A stretch of 62,627 bases of DNA, filler included, from Gemmatimonadota bacterium (lineage in GTDB: Bacteria; 4572-55; J002): the NCBI GenBank assembly GCA_003697105.1. It is 4 parts of 4 records of this genome, joined end to end, with 100 filler letters (N's around TTAATTAATTAA, not from the genome) between each part and the next. Parts side by side here need not be neighbours in the genome. Positions count along the whole stretch, not along the records: positions 1 to 21,032 come from RFFQ01000106.1; 3 more parts are not named here. One strand, given 5' to 3'. Shown here one piece after another: positions 1 to 8,995 of this stretch (the first letter of the stretch is position 1; every line of letters begins with the position of its first letter). The translations under genes were made by a program, and so were the position numbers. The notes beneath the pieces are model-generated. The model saw only the letters and a program-made list of their open reading frames with translations. It searched no databases and was not told where the DNA came from.

Positions 1-122
1 CAGGAATTGGCTCACCCAATTTTAATTCAACAAATCAAAAACCATCTCGCCGGAATTGGCGCTATTCATACAGCCTAAAAGGTCACTTTTGGCGAAGGTC
101 TTGTTATTACGAGGAGGTTATA

Positions 123-710
123 ATGGAATCCACAACGAAGGTATCCGAAAAAAACATCCCAGATACCGGCGTAGCTGATTCGGCTCGGGCGGTTTTGCCG
201 GAGCCGGCACCGTACCTGAATCCATATTTGGCGGGTGTCGGGATTGGCTTGGTACTGCTTGCCGCATTTGTGTTGGTGGGGCGGGGTTTGGGCGCTTCAG
301 GGGCGATGTCCTCTCTCGTGGCATATCTGGTTAGCCTTATTGCACCGGCTCATGCCCAAGCGAATGAATTTTATCAAGGATATTTAATGGGGGATGTCCA
401 TCCACTTAAAGCGTGGCTTGTGTTCGAGGTGTTGGGTGTGTTTGTGGGTGGATTGCTCTCCGGGGGATTGGCTCACCGCATCAAAAAAACCGTAGAGAAA
501 GGACCTCGCATAGGCAAGGGGGGTCGTTTTGGCTTAGCGTTTCTTGGCGGGGGAATGATGGGATTTGCGGCAAAACTTAGCCGCGGCTGTACCAGTGGGC
601 AAGCCCTAACAGGGGGAGCGCTTCTCAATTTAGGTAGTTGGGCATTCATGCTCGCGGTTTTTGCCGGCGCCTATGCCCTAGCTTACGTTGTTCGAAAGGA
701 GTGGATCTAA
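123..710 (+). CDS. YeeE/YedE family (thiosulfate/sulfur transport) membrane protein, first half-type subunit
   Basis: Hydrophobic 195 aa ORF with GLGASG and GFAAKLSRGCTSGQALTG motifs typical of YeeE/YedE; RBS GAGGAGG upstream. Confidence 0.85.
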   Translation: MESTTKVSEKNIPDTGVADSARAVLPEPAPYLNPYLAGVGIGLVLLAAFVLVGRGLGASGAMSSLVAYLVSLIAPAHAQANEFYQGYLMGDVHPLKAWLVFEVLGVFVGGLLSGGLAHRIKKTVEKGPRIGKGGRFGLAFLGGGMMGFAAKLSRGCTSGQALTGGALLNLGSWAFMLAVFAGAYALAYVVRKEWI

Positions 711-1300
711 TGGCACCGTTTTATAAATATGGTCTCTTTAATGATGAAGTGAGTTTGATCGTAGCCTTTATTATCGGTATTGGGTTTGGTTTCTTTTTAG
801 AACGTGCGGGTTTTGGCAGTGCCCGGAAATTAGTCGCTCAGTTTTATCTGACCGATATGGCGGTTTTCAAGGTCATGTTTTCCGCCATCGTAACCGCCAT
901 GCTGGGTGTGTTTTACCTCGGTTGGATGGGCATTTTAGATTTATCCCTAGTTTACTTGACGCCCACTTATCTGATTCCTCAGATTTTCGGTGGATTGTTG
1001 TTAGGTGCCGGGTTTGTCATTGGCGGGTACTGTCCCGGTACCTCTGTTGTGGCAATGGCAACCGGAAAATTAGATGGAATCGTATATATAATGGGAGTTA
1101 TTGCCGGTGTTTTTACCTTCGGTGAACTGTACCCGCTCATCCAAAATTTTGCCCAATCCACACCAATGGGTAAAATCACCCTACCGCAATATATGAATAT
1201 GGATTACGGGATCGTTGTTTTCATCGTCGTCGTTATCGCTATTGTTGGTTTTATCGCAGCAAGCTGGATCGAAAAGAGAGTGGGAGGGGCGACCTCATGA
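710..1300 (+). CDS. YeeE/YedE family membrane protein, second half-type subunit
   Basis: ATG overlaps the upstream TAA (TAATG); GFGFFLERAGF and GFVIGGYCPGT motifs. Confidence 0.85.
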   Translation: MAPFYKYGLFNDEVSLIVAFIIGIGFGFFLERAGFGSARKLVAQFYLTDMAVFKVMFSAIVTAMLGVFYLGWMGILDLSLVYLTPTYLIPQIFGGLLLGAGFVIGGYCPGTSVVAMATGKLDGIVYIMGVIAGVFTFGELYPLIQNFAQSTPMGKITLPQYMNMDYGIVVFIVVVIAIVGFIAASWIEKRVGGATS

Positions 1301-1935
1301 AAGATAATATCAATCTTAAATTAGCTATTATGGCGTTGGCATTGGGAGTTTTGGCGATTTTTGGCCAGCCGTATTCGGGAAATACGGTTGTGCTAAATAC
1401 CAAAGAACTGGCGGTCATTGTGGATAATGCCATAGACCACGTTACGGTAGAAGACCTTGCGGATTGGATTATTCAAGGTAAAAGAGATTTTCGTCTGCTG
1501 GACGTCCGCGATGACTCGCAATTTCAGGAATATCATATCCCCCTCGCGGAATGTGCCCCTCTCTCGATACTCCCAGATTACCCCATCGACCGGAATGAAA
1601 AAATTATCCTTTATTCAGATGGGGGTATTCATGCGGCACAGGCTTGGATGCTGCTGAAAGCGAAAGGCTACCGGCACACGTACATGCTGTTGGGTGGCTT
1701 GGATGAATGGAAGGATACGATTTTATTTCCGGTGATTCCGGCAAATATATCCCCGGAAGAGGAAGCAAAATATGCCAAGTTAAAAGCAGTCAGCAAATTC
1801 TTCGGGGGGTCACCTCAAACGGGTGAGGGCACAGTAGAAACGCCTGAAATGGCACCGACCCCGATGCCCCAAGTGGAAATGCCTTCCCAAACAACCCCCG
1901 TGCGGAAAAAAAAGGCGCGAAAAGAAGGCTGTTGA
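1297..1935 (+). CDS. Membrane-anchored/exported rhodanese-like domain protein with Ser at the active-site position and a C-terminal EGC tail
   Basis: N-terminal hydrophobic segment; LLDVR...YHIP...IILYSDGG...LLGGLDEW rhodanese fold motifs; ends KKKARKEGC. Confidence 0.8.
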   Translation: MKDNINLKLAIMALALGVLAIFGQPYSGNTVVLNTKELAVIVDNAIDHVTVEDLADWIIQGKRDFRLLDVRDDSQFQEYHIPLAECAPLSILPDYPIDRNEKIILYSDGGIHAAQAWMLLKAKGYRHTYMLLGGLDEWKDTILFPVIPANISPEEEAKYAKLKAVSKFFGGSPQTGEGTVETPEMAPTPMPQVEMPSQTTPVRKKKARKEGC

Positions 1936-1950
1936 CCCCTTTGGCGGTGA

Positions 1951-1981
1951 GGACTGCCTGTCTTTCAAGGACAGGCAGTCC
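1951..1981. terminator. GC-rich hairpin between convergent rhodanese and nfo genes
   Basis: GGACTGCCTGTC-tttcaag-GACAGGCAGTCC perfect 12-bp inverted repeat; no clear U-tract. Confidence 0.5.
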
Positions 1982-1994
1982 CCTGTCCACACCC

Positions 1995-2891
1995 CTACCG
2001 CTCTATCCGTAATCCCGGTGGGATTCGTGCGGGATCGTCCACCACAGCACACAGCCGCTTTAAGTTCATTACATCCTCTTTTAAGTCTTTTCCTTTGGGG
2101 GTTTCCAGCAACATGGGCACATCAACCCACCGGGGATCATTCAACACCCACCGGAAACCATCGATCCCAATATTTCCCTCCCCGATGTGAGCATGACGGT
2201 CTTTGCGGCTGCCCAATTCGCCTTTACTATCATTCAGATGCCAGCATTTAAGGCGTTCCATGCCCACTTCTCGCTCCAGATCATCGATCAGGCGCTGGTA
2301 TCCCTCTACCGAGCGAAGGTCATATCCGGCAGCGAACGCATGGCACGTATCTACACAAACTCCCAGTCGATCTGGCTCGGCAACCTGCTCCATAATTCGC
2401 CGTAAATGCGTGAACTCATATCCTAAATTGGTGCCTTGCCCGGCGGTCAGTTCTAATAATGTCAATACCTTCGTAGCGTGTGCCATTTCCTGATGAATGT
2501 GATCCAGTGCCACGGCGATCTGGCGCAGTCCCGTCTCTTCACCACTACCGGTATGGGAGCCGGGGTGTAGCACCACATACGGAATGCCATAGGCATGTGC
2601 CCGCGCTAACTCATCTTGATACGCTTGGATGCTTTTTTGCCGCGTTTCTGGCTTGGGGCTGGCAAGATTAATCAGATACGATGCATGGCTAACAGTGCTT
2701 TCAATATTGAATTCCCGAATTTTGGCTTGCCAGCGCGCCACATCTTCTGCATCGATGGGCGGTCCCGACCACTGCCGGTTGTTTTTGGTAAACACTTGCA
2801 CCGCATTACAACCAATTGACGCGGCACGATCCAGCGCCTGACTCACGCCCCCACTAATGGACATGTGGGCACCTAGTTTTAGCGTTGTCAT
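1995..2891 (-). CDS. nfo: Deoxyribonuclease IV (AP endonuclease)
   Basis: LGAHMS, HASYLINLAS, VLHPGS, LELTAGQG, DTCHAFAAGYD, HLNDSK, DRHAHIGEG, LETP motifs. Confidence 0.95.
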   Translation of the reverse strand: MTTLKLGAHMSISGGVSQALDRAASIGCNAVQVFTKNNRQWSGPPIDAEDVARWQAKIREFNIESTVSHASYLINLASPKPETRQKSIQAYQDELARAHAYGIPYVVLHPGSHTGSGEETGLRQIAVALDHIHQEMAHATKVLTLLELTAGQGTNLGYEFTHLRRIMEQVAEPDRLGVCVDTCHAFAAGYDLRSVEGYQRLIDDLEREVGMERLKCWHLNDSKGELGSRKDRHAHIGEGNIGIDGFRWVLNDPRWVDVPMLLETPKGKDLKEDVMNLKRLCAVVDDPARIPPGLRIER

Positions 2892-3068
2892 CTCAAAACC
2901 TCATAAGTAAACAAGTTGAGATACCATCCTTCAAATTCGGAATTCGACGAATTTTGTCTTGTTCGATCCAAACATTAGCGGTATATTCCCTCTTCCGCAA
3001 TTATAGCGTATATCTCAAATCAACGCAAGTTCTGGAATCGCCATCCTAAATCGGTGGGAGCATGTAGC

Positions 3069-4184
3069 ATGATACAATCGGATTTGTCCCGACCCGAAAT
3101 AGCCCGTTACAGCCGCCATTTACTGATCCCAGAAGTGGGGCTAGTAGGGCAACAACGGCTCAAAGCCGCGCGAGTACTGGTTGTCGGTGCCGGCGGACTT
3201 GGTTGCCCCGCCTTGCTCTATTTAGCCGCCGCCGGAGTGGGTACTTTGGGCATTGTTGATTTTGATGTTGTTGATGAAAGCAATCTGCAACGACAAGTAC
3301 TTTACACCGTAGCGGATGTGGGGCAACCCAAAGCAGAATGTGCGGCAAAACGGCTAACAGCATTGAATCCGTATGTCACCGTAGAGGTGCACCGGCTCTA
3401 TTTAACTTCTGAAAATGTACTTCCAATCCTGAAATCTTATGATCTGGTGGTTGATGGAACCGATAATTTCCCCACGCGCTATTTGCTGAATGATGCCGCC
3501 GTCCTGCTGGATAAACCACTTGTTTATGGTTCGATCTATCGCTTTGAAGGGCAAGTCTCTGTTTTTAATTATCAAAATTGCCCCAATTACCGGGATTTGT
3601 ACCCCGAACCACCACCACCGGAACTGGTTCCCAATTGCGCCGAAGGGGGTGTGCTGGGCGTCTTAGCCGGCATTATCGGCAGTATACAAGCCAACGAAGC
3701 AATAAAAATAATTACAGGAATTGGCGAACCGCTGGCAGGACGTCTCTTTTTATTCGATGCGCTCCGCTTTGAAAGCCAAATTATGCACTTACCCCGTCAT
3801 ACCCCACCCATCCACATTGAAACATTGATCGATTACAACCAGTTCTGCGGGGTGAAAAAAGAAGATGACATACCCGAGCTAACTGTTACGGAATTCAACC
3901 AGCTCCGCCACCGTAACACGGATTTTCAACTGATCGATGTTCGCCAGCCCTATGAACGGGAGATCGTTCATATTGGCGGTGAGTTGATCCCCCAAAATGA
4001 AATTTTTGACCGGCTTGAGGAACTTTCCCGCTCCAAAATGCTGATCATTTATTGTCGCAGTGGAAAACGAAGTGCAACCGTGGTTAAACAATTGCGATCA
4101 CTGGGGTTTGATAACGCGCGGAATTTGAAAGGGGGTGTTTTAGCCTACCGGGAAGAAATTGACCCAAGTTTAGCAAAATATTGA
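3069..4184 (+). CDS. moeB: Molybdopterin-synthase adenylyltransferase with C-terminal rhodanese domain (MoeB/MoeZ type)
   Basis: RYSRHLL, VGAGGLG, DESNLQRQ, DGTDNFPTRY, PNCAEGGVLG; rhodanese YCRSGKRS. Confidence 0.92.
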   Translation: MIQSDLSRPEIARYSRHLLIPEVGLVGQQRLKAARVLVVGAGGLGCPALLYLAAAGVGTLGIVDFDVVDESNLQRQVLYTVADVGQPKAECAAKRLTALNPYVTVEVHRLYLTSENVLPILKSYDLVVDGTDNFPTRYLLNDAAVLLDKPLVYGSIYRFEGQVSVFNYQNCPNYRDLYPEPPPPELVPNCAEGGVLGVLAGIIGSIQANEAIKIITGIGEPLAGRLFLFDALRFESQIMHLPRHTPPIHIETLIDYNQFCGVKKEDDIPELTVTEFNQLRHRNTDFQLIDVRQPYEREIVHIGGELIPQNEIFDRLEELSRSKMLIIYCRSGKRSATVVKQLRSLGFDNARNLKGGVLAYREEIDPSLAKY

Positions 4185-4235
4185 TTGAACACATTGATAT
4201 TTATACCGTTAGACTGGAAACGCATCAAGCACTTT

Positions 4236-4673
4236 TTAGGTCGGATTAGTATATTTCCAAGCCGCTTCCCCTTCGGCAAAATGTTCTTTTTTCCAGATCG
4301 GAACGTCTTTTTTAATCTCTTCTATGATAAAACGGCACGCTTCAAAGCTTTCCGCACGATGTGGGCTGGAGACGGCAATTACCACGCTGATGTCCGTGAG
4401 GTGGAGCAACCCCAACCGGTGGTGAATGGCAATTTTACCGAGATTCCACTGCTGAAATGCCCGTTCTGCCAAAGTTTGCAAGACCTTTTCCCCCATTTCG
4501 GCATAGCCGTGGTATTCCAACGCGGCAACCGCTTTACCCTCAAACTGATTGCGAACCGTGCCCACAAACAGGTCAACCGCCCCGCAGGTTTCATCGACCA
4601 CAAATTCATACGCCGCTGCTACACTAAGCGGTGCTTCCGTGATTTCAATCCATGTATTTTTTATCCTGATCAT
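4236..4673 (-). CDS. moaE: Molybdopterin synthase catalytic subunit
   Basis: GAVDLFVGTVR, LEYHGY, HRLGLL, SPHR, KKDVPIWKKE motifs. Confidence 0.95.
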   Translation of the reverse strand: MIRIKNTWIEITEAPLSVAAAYEFVVDETCGAVDLFVGTVRNQFEGKAVAALEYHGYAEMGEKVLQTLAERAFQQWNLGKIAIHHRLGLLHLTDISVVIAVSSPHRAESFEACRFIIEEIKKDVPIWKKEHFAEGEAAWKYTNPT

Positions 4674-4678
4674 CGATT

Positions 4679-4924
4679 TTAGCCTCCACTCACCGGCGGG
4701 ATAATGCAGATTTCATCCTGTTCATTCAACTCAATCGTATCTGTGATATAGTTCATATTTACCGCTAAGCGACTCATCGCTCGGTACGGTTCTAAACGCG
4801 GATATTTTTCGAGGATCACTTGCCAAAAATCTGTTGTTGTTGCCCCGTTTTTGAGTTCGATGACCTCTTCCGGCTGTCCGGTGATCTCGCGGCACATCGC
4901 AAAATATTTTACGTTGATCTTCAT
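4679..4924 (-). CDS. moaD: Molybdopterin synthase sulfur carrier
   Basis: 81 aa ubiquitin-like protein, VKYFA...AVN...IPPVSGG C-terminus. Confidence 0.95.
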   Translation of the reverse strand: MKINVKYFAMCREITGQPEEVIELKNGATTTDFWQVILEKYPRLEPYRAMSRLAVNMNYITDTIELNEQDEICIIPPVSGG

Positions 4925-6112
4925 TTATCGCTCCCATGGAAATCGTGTAATCTCAACAGTTTCGCCCGCTTCAAAACGAGTTTGTTCATCGACAAAGATA
5001 AAACCATCGGCTTCGGATAACGTGGTTAGCATATTGGAATTTTGCCGCCTTAACGGATAGACAAGACCATCCTTTAGTGCCACGCGGATAAATTCCGGTC
5101 TGCCTTTATTCTCAAGGGGGTGTGCCATTTTGGCGCGAAGAGCCGGCGGCGGGTTCTGTCCGGTTAAATGGGTGATGACCGGTTGAACGTACACTAAAAA
5201 GCAGATCAAGGCGGAAACCGGATTGCCCGGTAACCCAAAAAAGAGTTTACCCCCCTTTTTCGCCACAAAAAGCGGTTTGCCGGGCTTTTGTTTGACCTTC
5301 CAAAAGAGGGTTTCGTAACCACATTGTTGTGCGGCAGGCTTTACATGATCATGTTCCCCAACCGAAACCCCACCACAAAATAGAATGAGAGTAGCATCTT
5401 GTTCGGCTTGCTCAATGGTGTGGATTGTCTCCGTTAAGGTATCCGGGGCATGTCCGGTAAAGCAGACGGTTCCACCGGCGTTGGTCACTGCCGCTTTTAA
5501 TGTTAGCGAATTGGAATCGCGGATTTGCCCGGATGCTAACTCGATTGGCGCATCATAGGGAACAAGCTCTGTGCCGGTGGTGACAATGGCGATAGGTGGT
5601 AGTGAGAACACTGCTACCTGTGGAATGCCCAATGATGCTAACAACCCGATTCGCGCCGGATTGAGCCGTGAACCGCGTGAAATCAGGCGGTCGCCCGGCT
5701 GATATTCTTCCCCTTGAAATCGGATATTTTGGTACTGTTTTTTCACGGTATGGAGGGTCACCCGGTCTCCGGTCACCTGTGTATCTTCCACTGGTACAAC
5801 GCAATCCGCATCCGCTGGAACTTCTGCACCGGTATTGATGCGGATGGCTTGTTCCGGTTCAATCTTTCCCGTAAAAGGGCGTCCCGCCGCGCTTTCGCCA
5901 ATGATTTTTAGGGTAACGGGCACTTGTTGCACATCCGCCCAGCGGAGGGCGAATCCATCCATTGCGCTGTTGGTAAACCGGGGTGAAGGCTCGGTTGCCT
6001 CAATGTCCTCTGCCAAAATCCGGTTGAACGCATCCTCAAGTCGAATCTGTTCGATATTGGGTTTTGGTTGATGCTCTAAAATTATCTGTTTTGCCTCATT
6101 AACTGTGATCAT
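4925..6112 (-). CDS. moeA: Molybdopterin molybdotransferase
   Basis: SAMDGFA, RINTGA, TGTEL, IRDSN, GGVSVGEHD, QKPGKP, LPGNPVS motifs. Confidence 0.95.
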   Translation of the reverse strand: MITVNEAKQIILEHQPKPNIEQIRLEDAFNRILAEDIEATEPSPRFTNSAMDGFALRWADVQQVPVTLKIIGESAAGRPFTGKIEPEQAIRINTGAEVPADADCVVPVEDTQVTGDRVTLHTVKKQYQNIRFQGEEYQPGDRLISRGSRLNPARIGLLASLGIPQVAVFSLPPIAIVTTGTELVPYDAPIELASGQIRDSNSLTLKAAVTNAGGTVCFTGHAPDTLTETIHTIEQAEQDATLILFCGGVSVGEHDHVKPAAQQCGYETLFWKVKQKPGKPLFVAKKGGKLFFGLPGNPVSALICFLVYVQPVITHLTGQNPPPALRAKMAHPLENKGRPEFIRVALKDGLVYPLRRQNSNMLTTLSEADGFIFVDEQTRFEAGETVEITRFPWER

Positions 6113-6114
6113 TT

Positions 6115-6555
6115 TTCATCCCTCATCCTTCATTCCTCATCCTTCCGCCTTCATCCCTCATCCTTCATCCTTCCGCCTTCATCCCTCATCCTTCATCCTT
6201 CATCCCTCATCCTTCATCCTTCATCCCTCATCCCTCATCCTTCATCCCTCATCCTTCATTCCTCATCCTTCCGCCTTCATCCCTCATCCTTCATTCCTCA
6301 TCCTTCCGCCTTCATCCTTCCGCCTTCATCCTTCCGCCTTCATCCTTCCGCCTTCATCCTTCCGCCTTCATCCCTCATCCTTCATCCTTCATCCCTCATC
6401 CTTCATCCTTCATCCCTCATCCCTCATCCTTCATCCCTCATCCTTCCGCCTTCATCCTTCCGCCTTCATCCTTCCGCCTTCATCCCTCATCCTTCATCCT
6501 TCCGCCTTCATCCTTCCGCCTTCATCCTTCATCCTTCCGCCTTCATCCTTCATCC
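6115..6555. repeat. In-phase tandem array of 63 heptamers (TTCATCC/CTCATCC/TTCCGCC/TTCATTC)
   Basis: 441 bp = 63 x 7, read unit by unit; fills the moaC-mog/moeA intergenic space and contains the moaC-mog stop codon. Confidence 0.97.
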
Positions 6556-7467
6556 TTTCGAATGCCCTCCACCCCACATCATTGGGTAGGCATGTAACAA
6601 TCCCGGAAAAAGGGCGTGTAAACTTTCGGTTGCTCCGCGTGAGCTACCCGGCAGATTGATGATCAAACTTTGTCCCCGTAGCCCGCAAATTCCGCGGGAC
6701 AGCATGGCATAGGGGGTCCGGTCTGTACCGTGTTTGCGGATGGCTTCAGCAATGCCTGGCACTTCTTTATCGATCACGGGTTGCATCGCTTCTGGCGTGA
6801 CATCTTTGGGACCCAAACCGGTGCCCCCCGTGGTGAAAATCAATTGAATTTGTTCCTGATCGACCAGTTCGATCAGGCGTTGGCTGATTTTCGGGGCATC
6901 ATCGGGCAGGATTTCATAAAATTTGACCTCAACCGGCTGTTTTTCTAAAAATTCGCGGATAATCACCCCGGATTTATCCTGCCGTGTGCCGGCAAATGTG
7001 GAATCCGAAATGACCAGCACGGCGGCGCTGATTGGGGTATCAAACTGATCCGTGTACTGGCTTTTCCCCCCTTTTTTTTTCACGACCCGAATGTCACCAA
7101 AAGAGAGCTCGTCGGTGAGCGGTTTGAGCATATCAAACATATTAAGCAGAGCGGCGTTGATGGCGGTGATCGCCTCCATTTCCACGCCGGTTTTCCAGAC
7201 GGTTTCCACTTCAGCGGTGACGCGAATCTGGGTGTCATGGAGTTCGAACGTTAGGTCCACCCAATCGAGGGGGATAGGGTGGCAAAAGACAATCCAATCC
7301 GAGGTGCGTTTAGCCGCTTGAATCCCGGCGCTCCGGGCAGTGGCAAGGACATCTCCTTTGGGTACAGTGTTCGCCTTAACCCGCTCGATGACCGCGGCGG
7401 GGGCATTCAAGATGCCTTCTGCCCGCGCAAATCGGAGGGTGTTGAATTTATGACTGATGTTGATCAT
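6550..7467 (-). CDS. moaCB: Bifunctional MoaC / MogA-MoaB fusion
   Basis: Start reassigned to MINISHK (RBS GAAGGAG); MoaC motifs KGDVL, CHPIPL, TGVEMEA, KKKGGKS; Mog motifs QDKSG, TTGGTGLGPKDVTPEA, NLPGS. Confidence 0.92.
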   Translation of the reverse strand: MINISHKFNTLRFARAEGILNAPAAVIERVKANTVPKGDVLATARSAGIQAAKRTSDWIVFCHPIPLDWVDLTFELHDTQIRVTAEVETVWKTGVEMEAITAINAALLNMFDMLKPLTDELSFGDIRVVKKKGGKSQYTDQFDTPISAAVLVISDSTFAGTRQDKSGVIIREFLEKQPVEVKFYEILPDDAPKISQRLIELVDQEQIQLIFTTGGTGLGPKDVTPEAMQPVIDKEVPGIAEAIRKHGTDRTPYAMLSRGICGLRGQSLIINLPGSSRGATESLHALFPGLLHAYPMMWGGGHSKG

Positions 7468-7477
7468 CGGTGCTCCT

Positions 7478-8965
7478 TCACTTTGAATCATTTTGAATGA
7501 CGGTTTTGAGATATTCCAAATTTTGATTGAGTTGCCACCAGCCATTTTTGAACGTGGCATAATCTTGCCCGCACATCGCCGAGGCATACCGGATGGAATT
7601 GGCATAGAACAGCCAGAGTTCTACCCATTTTTTCTCTAAATGCTCATCAAACGGATTTTCCGGGTCGGCAAGTCCGGTGTCCCATGCCTGTTGCATGAGC
7701 TGAGTTGCCGCATAAACCATCTGGTCGGTTTCGGCGAGGGTGCTATCCATCTGGGCAAAATGACCGAGCGTCCAACTGGGACCATGGCAGGGCTGGCAAA
7801 CCCGTTTCATCGTATTTTTCCGTTCGGTCTGTTCTTCCGGCGTCAATAGGTATTCGGCGGCAATCTCGCCATCAAACGCGGTGGGGAGTGGCAGTCCGTC
7901 TTTATTGCGAATGTGGGTCGTATTGCCGGTTTTGGGTTGGGGATGGGAGTAAATCAATCCAAACAAGCGCACCCATAGCCGGGCACCAAAATCATGGGTA
8001 CGTTCGGCAATGACGGTTTCGCCGGAGGGGTCGGTCAGTAAACTATTATGGCAGGTGGCACACGTAGGAGATTGGAAGTCTTGCCCCACGCGCCACGGTA
8101 CATGGGTCCAGTTCCATTGATCCTGTTGGGAGAAAAAGATATTCCCATGTTTGCTCTCTTGATACACATCCCAAGCGGGGACATCCGGTTGAAGATGGCA
8201 CTCCGAGCAGGTGTAGGGCTTCCGGGCAATTTCAATAGAAAAACTGTGGCGGGGATGGCATGAGGTACATGCCCCCAAACTGCCGTCCGGATTTTTACGA
8301 CCCACACCCTGATTGGGCCAATTGGCTAAATGCGGTACGGTGATCTCGCCAAAATCGGTCTCAACATCCCGCATACCCAACACCATGACCTCCGAACCGT
8401 GGCAGGCAAAACAGGTTTCGTTTTCGGTGGTGCCAGAGGCGGCGGCATGTGTCCAACCGGTTTCATCGTAGCTCTGAACGCCAAGAGTGGTTTGTACCAA
8501 CGTATGGTACAGCGGATTTTCCCGAAGATTGGCAATCGCATGGGCCTTCTTGCTATTCGCATATTGGGTAGCTTCTTCCAGATGGCACGTTTGGCAATCT
8601 TTCGGTGAGACGATAATATTGATTTCGTAGCCAAAATGTTCAAAACTATCCGCATGATCGGCGGTATTTAAGCTGTGACATTCGTAACATCCGACGGCGG
8701 TTGACGCCAATTCCGGGGGAATGGCTTCATTGGAAATGCGCCGTTCTAATGCCGGTTTTTGGAGTGCCGCCGCCGGCGTGATTTGGGCATGACGGCTATT
8801 TTTCCAATCGTGAATGATACCGGAATTGATGGATTCATGGCACAGGATGCAGGCTTCGGTCTCTTCACTCAAGGGAACGTCTTCGGCGGCACTACTGATG
8901 ATGGGTAACCAGATCACACTCCATAACAGGATTCGGATAACAGAGGTGAGACAAAATGAACGCAT
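7478..8965 (-). CDS. Exported octaheme cytochrome c, hydroxylamine-oxidoreductase-like (epsilon-Hao/MCC family)
   Basis: Signal peptide; eight CxxCH motifs (CILCH, CYECH, CQTCH, CFACH, CTSCH, CSECH, CATCH, CQPCH); HAO-like segments PNQGVGR.NPDGSLGACTSCHPRHSFS and YQESKHG. Confidence 0.85.
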   Translation of the reverse strand: MRSFCLTSVIRILLWSVIWLPIISSAAEDVPLSEETEACILCHESINSGIIHDWKNSRHAQITPAAALQKPALERRISNEAIPPELASTAVGCYECHSLNTADHADSFEHFGYEINIIVSPKDCQTCHLEEATQYANSKKAHAIANLRENPLYHTLVQTTLGVQSYDETGWTHAAASGTTENETCFACHGSEVMVLGMRDVETDFGEITVPHLANWPNQGVGRKNPDGSLGACTSCHPRHSFSIEIARKPYTCSECHLQPDVPAWDVYQESKHGNIFFSQQDQWNWTHVPWRVGQDFQSPTCATCHNSLLTDPSGETVIAERTHDFGARLWVRLFGLIYSHPQPKTGNTTHIRNKDGLPLPTAFDGEIAAEYLLTPEEQTERKNTMKRVCQPCHGPSWTLGHFAQMDSTLAETDQMVYAATQLMQQAWDTGLADPENPFDEHLEKKWVELWLFYANSIRYASAMCGQDYATFKNGWWQLNQNLEYLKTVIQNDSK

Positions 8966-8995
8966 AACATTACCCTCCTAGAAATAAGCCTTAAA

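Noticed and set aside
1-78. Possible 3' end of an upstream gene (QELAHPILIQQIKNHLAGIGAIHTA-stop)
   Set aside because: Only 25 codons are visible at the window edge; no product can be supported
1927-1981. Selenocysteine read-through at GGC TGT TGA with the downstream hairpin as SECIS
   Set aside because: Read-through adds only PLWR before another TGA; the hairpin is adequately explained as a terminator between convergent genes; no sel genes in the window
6115-6555. CRISPR array
   Set aside because: Contiguous 7-bp units with no unique spacers, and no cas genes
6105-6659. 184-aa HPSSFIL-repeat ORF on the plus strand
   Set aside because: Arises automatically from the stop-free strand of the heptamer array; antisense to the operon with no RBS
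7478-8965. Evidence for ammonia oxidation or anammox
   Set aside because: Cross-linking Tyr appears absent, and there is no amo, cycAB or hzs context
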